Shown: positions 11,217 through 23,330, counted from the first letter of the stretch. The stretch is DNA of 64,000 nt from an uncultured Acidobacteriota bacterium (GCA_963720545.1 OY970399.1:3136001-3200000); one strand, 5' to 3'. Program-made: numbers and translations. Notes: generated from the sequence alone by a model not told the origin.

Positions 11217-13879
11217 AGCCGCTGCCTGCCGCGAACTCCGTGTGGAACCGGGTACACGCGCTGTTCCGCCGCCGCCGCCTCGCGCGCGACATCGACGACG
11301 AAATGGCCTTCCACCTCGAGATGCGCGAAGCGGCGGCGCGCGCGGCGGGCGAGAGGGAACCGGGCGTCGCCGCGAGGCGCGGCTTCGGCAGCATCGGCGC
11401 GCATTCCGAAGGAGCCCTGGACATGTGGACCTTTCCGTCGCTCGAGAGCATCCTCGCGGACCTGCGCTACGCCGTGCGCTCGCTGGCGCGCGCGCCGCTC
11501 TTCACCACGGTGGCGGTGCTGATGCTGGCGCTCGGCATCGGCGCCAACACCGCCATCTACAGCCTGGTGAACTCGGTCTTCGTGCGCGGGCTGCCGTACC
11601 CCGAGCCGCAGCGGCTGGTGGTCCTGACCGGCAACGTCGAGCGCACCAATGGCGTGGAGCGGCGCGGCGGCTCCTATCCCGACTTCCTCGACTGGCGCGC
11701 GCAGTCGACGAAGTTCGACGACCTCGCGGTCTACGAGGGCACCTCGGGTACGCTGCGCGAGGGCGACGAACCGGAGCGCGTGCAGCTGGAGGTGGTGTCG
11801 CCGCAGTACTTCGACCTGCTCGGCATCCGCCCCGTGGCGGGCCGCATGCTGCAGGCGCAGGACGAAGGGCCGCAGGCGGCGCCGGTGGTGGTGATGAGCA
11901 ACGGACTCTGGCAGCGCCGCTACGGCGCCGACTCCGGGGTCGTCGGCCGCACCGTGCGCTTCGGCCCCGACGTTGTCACCGTCGTGGGCGTGGCGCCACC
12001 CGGGTTCAAGGGGCTGACCGACCAGGCGGAGGCGTGGCTGCCGTATTTCTCCTACGTGGGCGCCGGCACCGACCTCGAGCGCGGCAACCGCAGTTTCCAG
12101 GTGCTGGGCCGGCTGAAGCGGGGAATTGCCGTGAAGGAGGCGCAGGTCGAGATCGACGGCGTCGCCCGCAGCCTCGCCCTCGCGTATCCGGATACCAACG
12201 AGAAGCGCGGCGTCGAAATCAGCCAGTTGTCCACCGAGATCTTCGGCGACCTGCGCACGGCCCTTGCGGTGCTGATGGCGGCCGTCACGCTGGTGCTGCT
12301 CATCGCCTGCACCAACGTCGCGAACCTGCTGATCGCGCGTTCCGAGACGCGCCGCCGCGAGATCGCGGTGCGCGCCGCGCTCGGCGCGGGCCGTTTGCGG
12401 CTGTGGCGCCAGCTCCTGACCGAGAGCCTGGTGCTGAGCATCCTCGGCGCAGCCGCCGGCCTCGCGGTCGCGTTCGTCGCCCTGCGCTGGCTCGTCGCGT
12501 TGAGCCCGGTGACCTTGCCGTCCTTCGTCGTCCCGGGGCTCGATGGCGCGGCCCTCGCCTGGAGCATCGGCCTGGCGCTTCTCTGCGGCACGCTTCTGGG
12601 CCTGGCGCCGGCGAGCCATGCGCGCCCCGAGGTTCTGGGCGAATCGCTGAAGAGCGCCGCGCGCGGCGGCACCGGCGCCGGCTCGCAGCGCACCCGCTCG
12701 CTGCTCGTCGTCGCCGAGGTGTCGCTCGCGGTGATGCTGCTGGTCTCGGCCGGACTCATGATCCGCTCGATGGGCAAGCTGCTCGCCATCGACCCCGGCT
12801 ACGATCCGCAGTCGCTCCTCACCCTGAGCGTCAACATTCCGCGGCTGCCGGCGCCGAGCCCGCAGCCGCCGGACGCGTCGCCGCGGCCGCTCGCGATCCC
12901 GTCGCAGGCGATGCTCGAAAGGCTGCGTGCCATTCCCGGCGTCGCGGCGGCGAGCCTCAGCAGCGACGTGCCCCTGGGAGCGACGAGCAGCGCGGGTTTC
13001 TACACGGCCGAGGGCGACACGTCCACGGGTGCACAGACGGCGCCGCGCGCCTACCTGCACCGGGTCTCGCCGTCCTTCTTCGCCACGCTCGGCATCAAGG
13101 TCAAGGCCGGCCGCGCGATCGAAACCGCCGACGGCCTGGAAGAGCGCAGCGTGGCAGTGGTGAGCGAAAGCCTGGTGAGGCGTTTCTGGCCGAACGAGGA
13201 TGGCCTGGGCAAGCGCATTCGCATCGGCCCGGCGACCCGGCCCTGGATCGAGATCGTCGGCGTCGTCGCGGACGTGAAGTACCGCGGCCTGCCGCGCAAC
13301 CCGACCGCCGACCCCGACGTCTACCTGCCGTTCGCCGATCGCTCCAACCAGGCGCTCATCCTGAGGACGACAGTCGATCCCCAGGGCGTGGTGCCGGCGG
13401 TGCGCGCGGCGCTGCGCGCGGCCGATCCCGGGATCGTCGTCTTCAACGCCGAGACCATGAGCACCCTGGTGGCCGCACAGACGCAGGCGGCGCGCTTCAC
13501 CGGCTGGCTCCTCGGTCTCTTCGCCACCGCCGCGCTCGCGCTCGCCGCGGTCGGCATCTACGGGGTGATGTCGTACCTCGTCACGCTGCGCGAGCGCGAG
13601 TTCGGCATTCGCCTGGCGCTCGGCGCCGGTCGCCGGCAGCTGGTGCGGCTGGTGGCGCAGGAAGGCGCGTGGCTCGTCGGCATCGGCCTCGCCGCCGGCA
13701 GCGCCGCGTCGTTCCTGCTCTATCGGCTGATGCGCAGCCTGCTGTACGAAGTCAGCGCGGTTGACCCGGCCGCCGCCCTGGGCATAGCGGTGCTCGCCGT
13801 CGTCGCGCTCCTCGCGTGCTGCGTGCCGGCCATCCGCGCGTCGCGCACCGATCCAGCGGTGACCCTGCGCGCGGAGTAA
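11213..13879 (+). CDS. Duplicated orphan ABC permease (ADOP, MacB/FtsX-like)
   Basis: DLRYAVRSL, ALGIGANTAI, LLIACTNVANLL, REIAVRAALGA and a second REFGIRLALGA. Coupled to PadR. Confidence 0.92.
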   Translation: MKPLPAANSVWNRVHALFRRRRLARDIDDEMAFHLEMREAAARAAGEREPGVAARRGFGSIGAHSEGALDMWTFPSLESILADLRYAVRSLARAPLFTTVAVLMLALGIGANTAIYSLVNSVFVRGLPYPEPQRLVVLTGNVERTNGVERRGGSYPDFLDWRAQSTKFDDLAVYEGTSGTLREGDEPERVQLEVVSPQYFDLLGIRPVAGRMLQAQDEGPQAAPVVVMSNGLWQRRYGADSGVVGRTVRFGPDVVTVVGVAPPGFKGLTDQAEAWLPYFSYVGAGTDLERGNRSFQVLGRLKRGIAVKEAQVEIDGVARSLALAYPDTNEKRGVEISQLSTEIFGDLRTALAVLMAAVTLVLLIACTNVANLLIARSETRRREIAVRAALGAGRLRLWRQLLTESLVLSILGAAAGLAVAFVALRWLVALSPVTLPSFVVPGLDGAALAWSIGLALLCGTLLGLAPASHARPEVLGESLKSAARGGTGAGSQRTRSLLVVAEVSLAVMLLVSAGLMIRSMGKLLAIDPGYDPQSLLTLSVNIPRLPAPSPQPPDASPRPLAIPSQAMLERLRAIPGVAAASLSSDVPLGATSSAGFYTAEGDTSTGAQTAPRAYLHRVSPSFFATLGIKVKAGRAIETADGLEERSVAVVSESLVRRFWPNEDGLGKRIRIGPATRPWIEIVGVVADVKYRGLPRNPTADPDVYLPFADRSNQALILRTTVDPQGVVPAVRAALRAADPGIVVFNAETMSTLVAAQTQAARFTGWLLGLFATAALALAAVGIYGVMSYLVTLREREFGIRLALGAGRRQLVRLVAQEGAWLVGIGLAAGSAASFLLYRLMRSLLYEVSAVDPAAALGIAVLAVVALLACCVPAIRASRTDPAVTLRAE

Positions 13880-13889
13880 CCTGTCCGGC

Positions 13890-14420
13890 ATGCCGGGTGC
13901 GAGTCAGCGGCAGCTGGCCGAGCGCGCGCTCGATGCACGCGCGTCGCCGGATGCCGACGACGAGGAGACGCGCGAATGGCCCGCGGTGGCGGGGCGGTTG
14001 CGCGCCGCGCGCGAGGGCGCCGGCCTCAGCAACAGCGCGCTGGCGAGCCGGCTGGGAATGACCGTCGAGTCGTACGACGACCTCGAGCGCCGCGACGACG
14101 ACATCTTCACCGTGCCGTCGCTGCGCGATATCGCCCTGCTTGCGCAACTCGTCGGCACCATCCCGCGCCTGATGCTGCTGGGCCCCGAGGCTGCCGCCAC
14201 GAACGAACCGCTGAGCTTCGAGGACGTCATCGCGCTGCTGGCGCAGCGCATGGACACCTCCGGCGAAACCATGGAAGAACTGATTCACGAGATCGGCTGG
14301 GACGTGCGCGAACTGATCCACGACCCCCAGGAACTGTGGAGCTACAGTGTCGAAGGCCTGTACGAGGTGTGCAAGGCGGTCCGTGCCGACTGGGTGGCGG
14401 CCCTTCCCGAGTCGATCTGA
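13890..14420 (+). CDS. Hypothetical protein with XRE-type helix-turn-helix
   Basis: RLRAAREGAGLSNSALASRLGMTVESYDDLE resembles an HTH_XRE motif. Confidence 0.6.
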   Translation: MPGASQRQLAERALDARASPDADDEETREWPAVAGRLRAAREGAGLSNSALASRLGMTVESYDDLERRDDDIFTVPSLRDIALLAQLVGTIPRLMLLGPEAAATNEPLSFEDVIALLAQRMDTSGETMEELIHEIGWDVRELIHDPQELWSYSVEGLYEVCKAVRADWVAALPESI

Positions 14421-14542
14421 GCCGTCCTGCATCACAAACGGCCGGCCGCCGGGCCGGGAGTGACGCCGCTCAGCACCAGGCGGCGCGTCGGCGGATGTAG
14501 CCTCCTGGTGTGGGCGAGCCTGCTGGCTTCACGCTCGAGCCG

Positions 14543-15547
14543 ATGCACCGGCGTTTCCTGACCGCGTGCGCGGTGACTGCCGCCGTCCTGTGCCCGGCTC
14601 CCAGGATCGCCTCGACCCTGCCCTACGACTACTACGTCATCGGCAATCCCGCGGACGTCAAGGCCACGACCCGCTTCGGCATCGCCCTCGTCGGCGGCGG
14701 CAAGGACGTGGACGCCGTCTTCGAGTGGATGAGCGAGCGCGCCGGCGGCGGCGACTTCGTCGTGATCCGCGCCTCGGGCGACGACGCCTACAACGACTAC
14801 GTCGACCACCTCGGGCAGTTCGATTCGGTCGAGACGCTGGTGCTGAAGAACCGCGCCGCCTCCTCCGATCCGTTCGTGCTGGCGAAGATCCGCGGCGCGG
14901 ACGCCTTGTTCATCGCCGGCGGCGACCAGTCGAACTACGTCGAGTACTGGAAGGAAACCCCGGTCGCGAACGCCATCCAGGAGCTCGCGAAGCGCGGCGT
15001 GCCGATCGGCGCCACCAGCGCCGGCACCGCGGTCCTCGGCGAGACCGCGAACGCGGCCCTGCGCGGCTCGACCCGCTCGCGCCAGGCGCTCGCCGACCCG
15101 TACAGCGCCGAGGTCTCGCTCGACCACAACTTCCTGCGCCTGCCGTTCATGGACGAAGTGATGACCGACCAGCACTTCGTCGAGCGCGACCGCATGGGAC
15201 GCACGCTCGCGTTCATGGCGCGCACCGTCGCCGAAGGCTGGCGCGAACGCTCGTGGGCGATTGCCATCGACCGCGAGACGGCCGTGCTGATCGACGACAC
15301 CGGCAAGGCACGGGTGGTGGCGAACGCCGGCCACCGGACGCCGTACGCCTACTTCCTGCGCGGCGGCAAGCCGCAGGTGGTGGCGCCGCGCACGCCGCTC
15401 ACCTACCGCGGCATCGGTGTCGATCGCGCCGCGCCAGGAAGCGAGTTCGACATTCCCACCTGGCGCGGCTCGTACGTGACCTCTTATGAACTCGACGTCG
15501 ACGACGGCGTCATCAAGTCGACGCAGGAAAACGGCGCCCCGTACTAG
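14543..15547 (+). CDS. Cyanophycinase (peptidase S51) with signal peptide
   Basis: LFIAGGDQ, catalytic GATSAG, DQHFVERDRMGR. Alternative GTG start at 14510. Confidence 0.85.
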   Translation: MHRRFLTACAVTAAVLCPAPRIASTLPYDYYVIGNPADVKATTRFGIALVGGGKDVDAVFEWMSERAGGGDFVVIRASGDDAYNDYVDHLGQFDSVETLVLKNRAASSDPFVLAKIRGADALFIAGGDQSNYVEYWKETPVANAIQELAKRGVPIGATSAGTAVLGETANAALRGSTRSRQALADPYSAEVSLDHNFLRLPFMDEVMTDQHFVERDRMGRTLAFMARTVAEGWRERSWAIAIDRETAVLIDDTGKARVVANAGHRTPYAYFLRGGKPQVVAPRTPLTYRGIGVDRAAPGSEFDIPTWRGSYVTSYELDVDDGVIKSTQENGAPY

Positions 15548-15559
15548 CGGGGCTCAGGG

Positions 15560-16453
15560 CTATTCGCAGGCGAAGGCGAACGCCGCCGTGCTGCCGCTGC
15601 CGAGCTGGCGCAGCACTTCGCGGGTGATGCGCAGCTGGTAAGAGCGGATGCGGCGCAGCGCCGCATGGCTCGCGACCGGGATGCGGGCCAGGTATTCCTC
15701 ACCGCCGGGACTCGAGATCCAGTCGTTGCCCGGGAACGCCGCACCGCCGCGGAACAGCGACGGCACGCCCGACACCAGCGGTGTGTACTCCAGGCCAAAC
15801 TGCGCCGCCGCCTGCGTGTAGCCGTCGATGAACTGCTGGTCGGGCACGAACGACTGCAGCGAAAGGTACGCACGGCCGTACTGCGTGTAGCCGCTGCTGT
15901 CGGTCGAGAAGAGCTCGGGGTCGATCTGCCCGACCGCGCGGAACAGGCGCGCCGATTCGGGAATGCCCGGCTGCGCCGCGAAGTTCAGCACCACGTAGTT
16001 CGCCGGGAAGTCGAAGCGCTCCGGCCGCTCGGCATCGAGCAGGAACGCGCTGAACTGCGAGAACACGTAGCCGAGGCTGTCGGTGAGCACGCGGATGTCG
16101 GCTTCACTCGCGGCGTTCGGACCATCGTCCATCACCGTGTAGACGAACGCGGGGTTGGTCGAACCCTGGAAACCGCCGGCGCCGACCTGGAAGCGCGTGT
16201 TGACGCCGTTGACCGTGGTGATGGCACCGGTGCGCGCCAGCGAGGTCATGACACGGTCGACGACGCCGCAGGACAGCACCCGTTCGGCAAACTTCTGCCG
16301 CACCGCAAGCGACTGGTCGTGCAGCAGTGTCGTGTCGAGCACCGCCGGGTTGGCGATGGGCTCGACCGAGCCGAAAGTATCGGCGTGCAACGCCGCGGTG
16401 AACGACAGCGCGGCAGCGGCCGCTCCGGCAAGTACGAACGCATTCCTCTTCAT
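15560..16453 (-). CDS. Exported hypothetical protein
   Basis: Signal peptide MKRNAFVLAGAAAAALSFTAALHA, typical codon usage, no recognised family. Confidence 0.7.
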   Translation of the reverse strand: MKRNAFVLAGAAAAALSFTAALHADTFGSVEPIANPAVLDTTLLHDQSLAVRQKFAERVLSCGVVDRVMTSLARTGAITTVNGVNTRFQVGAGGFQGSTNPAFVYTVMDDGPNAASEADIRVLTDSLGYVFSQFSAFLLDAERPERFDFPANYVVLNFAAQPGIPESARLFRAVGQIDPELFSTDSSGYTQYGRAYLSLQSFVPDQQFIDGYTQAAAQFGLEYTPLVSGVPSLFRGGAAFPGNDWISSPGGEEYLARIPVASHAALRRIRSYQLRITREVLRQLGSGSTAAFAFACE

Positions 16454-16503
16454 TTGAGCGGCGCTCCCATATTTTCTTCCGTGAGGTTGTTCCTGGTCCG
16501 CAA

Positions 16504-16532
16504 TTGCTATCGTCAAGCGCGCCGCGTGTCAA
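16504..16532 (-). promoter_or_regulatory. Sigma70-type promoter for the 16453 gene
   Basis: Minus strand TTGACA (16532-16527), 17 nt, TAGCAA (16509-16504). Confidence 0.5.
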
Positions 16533-16556
16533 GAAAATGCTGACGCGGACGCTCGG

Positions 16557-17429
16557 TTATCGCAGCTGTTGCAGCCAGGTGATGACGGCTTGTTCCAGGG
16601 CGATACGCTTATCGGACCAGGAGTGGTCGGTCGCTTCGTGGCGGGTGGTCACGTGCGCCGTTCCTTTCGCCTGAATGATCGCTTTCACCAGCGCGTCGGA
16701 GTCTGGCGCCAGGCCGTCATCCGAGGTCAGGACCAGCATCGGGACGCGGCCGAGGCCCTCGGCAGCGGGTGCAAACTTCCATTCCGCGGCATGCGCGCGC
16801 ACCTCGTCGGCCATGCTTTCGGCGGTTACGCCGGCGAGCGACTCCATGTCGTCCGCCATGAGCGCCACCAGCCGGTCGCGAGGCTGGGCCGCGGCGATTG
16901 AACCCATGTCGGCGGCGCAGATCAGGATCGCGCCCGCAAGCGCCGTGTCGCGCGCCGCGGTCAGCGCCGTAACCCAACCGCCCATGCTGTGGCCGCCCAG
17001 CACGATGCGCCGGGTGTCGATGCCGAGTCGCTCCGCGTTTTTCGGCTCACGCAGGTAGGCGAGCGCCGCAACCGCGTCCTCCAGGTTGCCGGCGAAACGG
17101 TAGGCGCCCGGGCTGCCCCAGGACCCGCGATAGTTGAAGGTGATCGCGTTCCAGCCCGCGCGTCGCACCGCCTGGGCGAGGTCGAGGTTCTTCTCGTTGC
17201 CGGGGAGGCCGTGCAGCAGCACCAGTGTCGGATGCGCACCGGCGCCCGATGCCAGATACGCGACGCCGTTGATGCTCACTTCGCCCGAGGGAATGTGCAG
17301 CACCTCCATCCGCGCCGGGTGCGCCTTGTCCGCAGGGGGATCGGCGGCAATCGCGCCCTGCGCTTGCTGCGCGGGCGCTGTGCTCGGGAGAAAGGATGCC
17401 GCGAGGAGGAGAGCGAGTGTCATGGTCAT
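16557..17429 (-). CDS. Exported alpha/beta hydrolase
   Basis: LLHGLPG oxyanion motif, nucleophile GHSMGG, C-terminal DHS, signal peptide. Confidence 0.88.
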   Translation of the reverse strand: MTMTLALLLAASFLPSTAPAQQAQGAIAADPPADKAHPARMEVLHIPSGEVSINGVAYLASGAGAHPTLVLLHGLPGNEKNLDLAQAVRRAGWNAITFNYRGSWGSPGAYRFAGNLEDAVAALAYLREPKNAERLGIDTRRIVLGGHSMGGWVTALTAARDTALAGAILICAADMGSIAAAQPRDRLVALMADDMESLAGVTAESMADEVRAHAAEWKFAPAAEGLGRVPMLVLTSDDGLAPDSDALVKAIIQAKGTAHVTTRHEATDHSWSDKRIALEQAVITWLQQLR

Positions 17430-17480
17430 GCGCGAAGACTAGCGCGTCCCGGGAGCCAGGAGCGTCGTAGGATTGGCTCG

Positions 17481-17999
17481 ATGACGAAGAGCGAAGAACT
17501 GCCCTGTCTCGACCTGCTCGAGGCGACTCCCGCGATACTGCGCGGACTCATGACCGGCCTCTCCGATGAAGACGCGCGCTGGAAGCCCGCCGCCGACCGC
17601 TTTTCCGTCGCGGAGGTGCTCGCGCACCTCTCGCACTCGGAGTGGCATTGCTATCGCACGCGCCTCGACAAGTTCCTCGCGGAAGAGATGCCGGAGTTCG
17701 AGTTCGACGACGCGCAGCTGCATCTGGAGCTTTACCGGAACGCCGATCCCGAGGACGAGTTCGCACATTTCGAGGACCAGCGCGAGATCAACGTCGAGCT
17801 GCTGCGCGGGCTTCCGGCCGAGGACGGCCGGCGCAAGGCGAAGCACCCCGCGGTGGGCGAGATCACCCTCGCGCAGATGCTGCACGAATGGGCGTTGCAC
17901 GATCTCGGGCACGTGCGGCAGGTCGCGGAGCTGGTGCGGGCGCGCAAGTACCTGTCGGGCGCCGGTCGCCTGGGCGAGGACTACAAGCTGACGCCCTGA
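17481..17999 (+). CDS. DinB family protein
   Basis: SVAEVLAHL, HPAVGEIT..WALHDLGHVRQ. Confidence 0.85.
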   Translation: MTKSEELPCLDLLEATPAILRGLMTGLSDEDARWKPAADRFSVAEVLAHLSHSEWHCYRTRLDKFLAEEMPEFEFDDAQLHLELYRNADPEDEFAHFEDQREINVELLRGLPAEDGRRKAKHPAVGEITLAQMLHEWALHDLGHVRQVAELVRARKYLSGAGRLGEDYKLTP

Positions 18000-18008
18000 C
18001 CCGCGCGG

Positions 18009-18317
18009 CTACGCGCGGACGAAGGCGGCGGGGCGGCGGGGGCGAAGCGCGCGGACGATGAGGTAGACGCCGCCGGCGAAGGCCAGGATCGGCAGCAGCG
18101 GGATCGCGAGCAGGGCGACGCCGCCGGCGAGCACCGCGAACACCAGGCCGACCAGGCCGACCACCAGGCCGAGGACCCCGGAGAGCACGCCGAAGGCCAG
18201 GCCGAGGACGCTGCCCACCAGGCGGAAGGGCAGCAGGATCAGCTTGAAGACCACGGTCACGGCGAGGATCGGCACGATGAAGAGCGCCAGGAACGCGAGA
18301 AATATGAGCGTCATCAT
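18009..18317 (-). CDS. Small membrane protein
   Basis: Highly hydrophobic 102 aa with an RBS-like GAGAAG upstream. Confidence 0.65.
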   Translation of the reverse strand: MMTLIFLAFLALFIVPILAVTVVFKLILLPFRLVGSVLGLAFGVLSGVLGLVVGLVGLVFAVLAGGVALLAIPLLPILAFAGGVYLIVRALRPRRPAAFVRA

Positions 18318-18384
18318 GTGTCTTCTCTTCGGAGGCTACGGTGCCGTGAAAACAGATGTTCCGTGGAATGAGAGAATCGGCCCC

Positions 18385-20067
<1,683 letters not shown>

Positions 20068-20112
20068 TCGCCATAGCCGACTTCGGCTAGGATGCGCCAC
20101 AGGAGAACCCGC

Positions 20113-21795
20113 ATGAATTTGCGCCTTTGGTGTGCCCTCGCCGTTGCCGCCAGCCTCGGCTTCGCGACCGCGAGCGAGGGCCAGGAGCAGTACGACGTCC
20201 TCATCAAGGGCGGCACTGTCTACGACGGCACCGGCGCCCCCGGGCGCGTTGCCGACGTCGCCGTGAAGGGCGACCGCATCGCCGCGGTGGGCAGCCTCGA
20301 CAAGGCGAAGGCCGCGACCACCATCGACGCCAGGGGCATGGCCGTGGCGCCAGGGTTCATCAACATGCTGTCGTGGTCGGTCGACTCGCTGATCGTCGAC
20401 GGCAAGTCGCAGGGCGAGATCCGGCAGGGCGTCACCACCGAGATCTTCGGCGAAGGCGAGTCGATGGGTCCGTGGAACGAGGCGATGAAGCAGGACCGCC
20501 TCAAGGGCCAGGGCGACGTCAAGTACGCGATCGAGTGGACGACGCTGTCCGAGTACCTGCGTTACATGGAAAAGCGCGGCATCTCGCCCAACGTCGCGTC
20601 CTACATCGGCGCCGCCACCATCCGCGAGAACGTCATCGGCCTCGAGAACAAAGCGCCGACGCCGGCACAGCTCGACGCGATGCGCGCGCTGGTGCGCAAG
20701 GAGATGGAAGACGGCGCGCTCGGCATCGGCTCGTCGCTCATCTACGCGCCCGCGCTGTACGCGACCACCGAAGAGCTGATCGAGCTTTGCAAGGTCGCGG
20801 CGAAATACCAGGGCAAGTACATCTCGCACATGCGCAGCGAAGGCGACCGCCTGGTGGAGGCGGTGGACGAGCTGATCCGCATCAGCAGGGAAGCGGGGCT
20901 GCCGGCCGAGATCTACCACCTGAAGGCGGCGGGCGAATCGAACTGGCCGAAGATGGACACCGTGATCGCCCGCGTCGAGGCGGCGCGCAAGCAGGGCCTG
21001 AAGATCACCGCGGACATGTACACGTACACCGCCGGCGCCACCGGCTTCGACGCGTGCATGCCGCCGTGGGCGCGCGACGGCGGCTACGAGGCGCTGTTCA
21101 AGCGCTTCGACGAGCCGGAAACGCGCGCGCGCATCATCGCCGACATGAAGACCAAGGGCTCCTGGGAAAACCTGTGCCTTTCGGCCGGCAGCACCGACCG
21201 CATCCTGCTGGTCGAGTTCAAGAACGACGCGCTGAAGAAGTACCAGGGCAAGACGCTCACCGAAGTGGCGAAGGACCTGGGCAAGACCGCGGAAGACGCG
21301 ATCCTCGACCTGATGAAGCAGGACCAGACGCGCGTCGGCGTGGTGTTCTTCCTGATGTCGGAAGAAAACGTCAAGAAGCAGATCGCGCTGCCGTGGGTGT
21401 CGTTCGGCTCGGACGCCGCGTCGCTTGCGATCGCCGAACCGTTCACCCGCTCGTCCACGCATCCACGCTCCTACGGCAACTTCTCGCGGCTGCTCGGCAA
21501 GTACGTGCGCGACGAGAAGGTGATTTCGCTGGCCGAGGCGCTGCACCGCCTCAGCGGCCTGCCGGCGACGAACCTCGGGCTCGCCGACCGCGGCGCGCTT
21601 CGCGCCGGCGCCTTCGCCGACGTTGTGGTGTTCGACCCGGCGAAGATCGCCGACCGAGCCACCTTCGACCAGCCGCACCAATACTCGGTGGGCATGAAGG
21701 ACGTGCTTGTGAACGGCGTTCCGGTGCTGAAGGATGGCGAGCACACGGGCGCAAAGCCCGGCCGGGCCCTCTGGGGACCGGGCAAGACCCGCTAA
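20113..21795 (+). CDS. N-acyl-D-amino-acid deacylase family amidohydrolase, exported
   Basis: APGFIN, SHMRSE, YHLK, GSDA, HPRSYGNF, ADVVVFDP motifs; signal peptide. Confidence 0.9.
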   Translation: MNLRLWCALAVAASLGFATASEGQEQYDVLIKGGTVYDGTGAPGRVADVAVKGDRIAAVGSLDKAKAATTIDARGMAVAPGFINMLSWSVDSLIVDGKSQGEIRQGVTTEIFGEGESMGPWNEAMKQDRLKGQGDVKYAIEWTTLSEYLRYMEKRGISPNVASYIGAATIRENVIGLENKAPTPAQLDAMRALVRKEMEDGALGIGSSLIYAPALYATTEELIELCKVAAKYQGKYISHMRSEGDRLVEAVDELIRISREAGLPAEIYHLKAAGESNWPKMDTVIARVEAARKQGLKITADMYTYTAGATGFDACMPPWARDGGYEALFKRFDEPETRARIIADMKTKGSWENLCLSAGSTDRILLVEFKNDALKKYQGKTLTEVAKDLGKTAEDAILDLMKQDQTRVGVVFFLMSEENVKKQIALPWVSFGSDAASLAIAEPFTRSSTHPRSYGNFSRLLGKYVRDEKVISLAEALHRLSGLPATNLGLADRGALRAGAFADVVVFDPAKIADRATFDQPHQYSVGMKDVLVNGVPVLKDGEHTGAKPGRALWGPGKTR

Positions 21796-21814
21796 GGAAC
21801 GACACCGAGCACTC

Positions 21815-22744
21815 GTGGCCAACACCATCGCGATCACCGGGGCAAGCGGGTTCGTCGGGCGACACGTGGTTGCCGCCGCTGCGGCCGCCGGGCTCGACGT
21901 GGTGGGCCTCTATCGCCAGCCGCGCGGCGAAGCCATCATCCGGGACGCCGGCGGCCGGCCGATACAAGTGCACGGCCTGCACGAAGACACACTGGTGCGC
22001 GCCTTCAAGGGCGCGTCCGCCGTCATCCACCTCGCGCAGGTGGGTTCGGAGCGGCCTGAGGCAACCTACGACGGCATCAACGTCAACGGCACGCGCAGCG
22101 TCGTAGACGCGGCGCATCGCGCCGGCGTTCCGGTCTGCTCCTACCTCAGCGGTCTCGGCGTGGCCCACTACGGCATGACCCGCCACTGCACCAACCGCTA
22201 CTTCCTCTCCAAGCTGCAATCGGAGATGCAGCTCTTCAAGTCCGACCTGCGGGTCGCCGTCTTCCGGCCGTCCTACATCATCGGCCCCGGCGGCGAGCTG
22301 GTCTCGCGGCTGCTCCAGCAGATGAGCGCGGGCGAGGTGGAGATGGCGGGCGACGGCGCCACCCGGCTGCAGCCAGTCTCGGTTTTCGACGCCGCCGATG
22401 CGCTGGTCGCCACGGTCACGCGCGAAAATCCGCCTCGCCACACCGTCTACGACCTGGTGGGTCCGCAGCCGGTGTCGTATCTCGAGTTCATCGATCACGT
22501 CGCTTACCTCGCCGCGGGGGCCGGCCGGCCGGCCACGTTCGAGCTGAAGTCGATAACGGTGGAAGCGGCTGAGCAGCAGGCGGCGGAAGGCGGCTATCAA
22601 GGCATGGGGCCGGACAGCCTCGACTGCCTGTTGTGCGACCAGGTCGCCGACTGGCAGCCGCTGGCGCGCCTGCTCGACCGGCCACTGCGCAGCCTGGACG
22701 AAACCGTCGAGAGCGCCATGGCCGTCGTGCCGATGCCGACGTAG
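21815..22744 (+). CDS. NAD-dependent epimerase/dehydratase (extended/atypical SDR)
   Basis: ITGASGFVG, YFLSK, FRPSYIIG. Confidence 0.85.
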   Translation: MANTIAITGASGFVGRHVVAAAAAAGLDVVGLYRQPRGEAIIRDAGGRPIQVHGLHEDTLVRAFKGASAVIHLAQVGSERPEATYDGINVNGTRSVVDAAHRAGVPVCSYLSGLGVAHYGMTRHCTNRYFLSKLQSEMQLFKSDLRVAVFRPSYIIGPGGELVSRLLQQMSAGEVEMAGDGATRLQPVSVFDAADALVATVTRENPPRHTVYDLVGPQPVSYLEFIDHVAYLAAGAGRPATFELKSITVEAAEQQAAEGGYQGMGPDSLDCLLCDQVADWQPLARLLDRPLRSLDETVESAMAVVPMPT

Positions 22745-22762
22745 TAGCCTCGGCCACCCGCA

Positions 22763-23107
22763 ATGAAGCTCGGCATCACCGATAACGTGGACTGCGCGCA
22801 CTTCCTCCCCGGCCACCCCAAGTGCGGGCGGCTGCATGGCCATACGTACAAAGTGGAGGTGGTGATCGAGGCCCCGGCGCCCGCCGGCGGCATGATCGTC
22901 GACTTCGCCGAGCTGAAGGCGAAGACGCGGCAGGTGCTGGAGCAGTACGACCACCGCAACTGGAACGACACGCTCGAGTATCCGTCGGTCGAGAACATCT
23001 GTTCGCTGTTGTGCGCAGGCCTGCGCGCAAAGATCGATTTCCCCTTCGTCTTGCGCGTCTACGAAGGCGCCCTGAAGTGGGCCGAGATGGATAGCCGGGA
23101 AGCCTAA
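22763..23107 (+). CDS. queD: 6-carboxytetrahydropterin synthase
   Basis: AHFLP..CGRLHGHTY, DFAELK, DHRNWN, PSVENI, VYE. Confidence 0.88.
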   Translation: MKLGITDNVDCAHFLPGHPKCGRLHGHTYKVEVVIEAPAPAGGMIVDFAELKAKTRQVLEQYDHRNWNDTLEYPSVENICSLLCAGLRAKIDFPFVLRVYEGALKWAEMDSREA

Positions 23108-23300
23108 TCGACGAATTGGCCGTCTCGTCCCCGCCCAATTCGTCGATTTCCGTTGCCCGCTATCGACGGATTGGCTGGCCGTCCCGATCCAATCCGTCGA
23201 TTTCCTTTGTTCCGTTTCCCTGGCGCTTGCGACAACGTTCGTTGGCTGTCCCCCGAGCGCTTGCGACAACGTTCGTTCCTGCTTCGTTCAGGCGCTTGCG
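23107..23300. repeat. Left arm of REP/BIME-like hairpin array
   Basis: Hairpins ATCGACGRATTGG-N14/15-CCAATYCGTCGAT at 23107-23147 and 23162-23201. 21-mer GCGCTTGCGACAACGTTCGTT at 23223-23243 and 23257-23277. Confidence 0.9.
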
Positions 23301-23330
23301 TCAGCGGTTTTTTGCGCTGCTTCTATTTCT

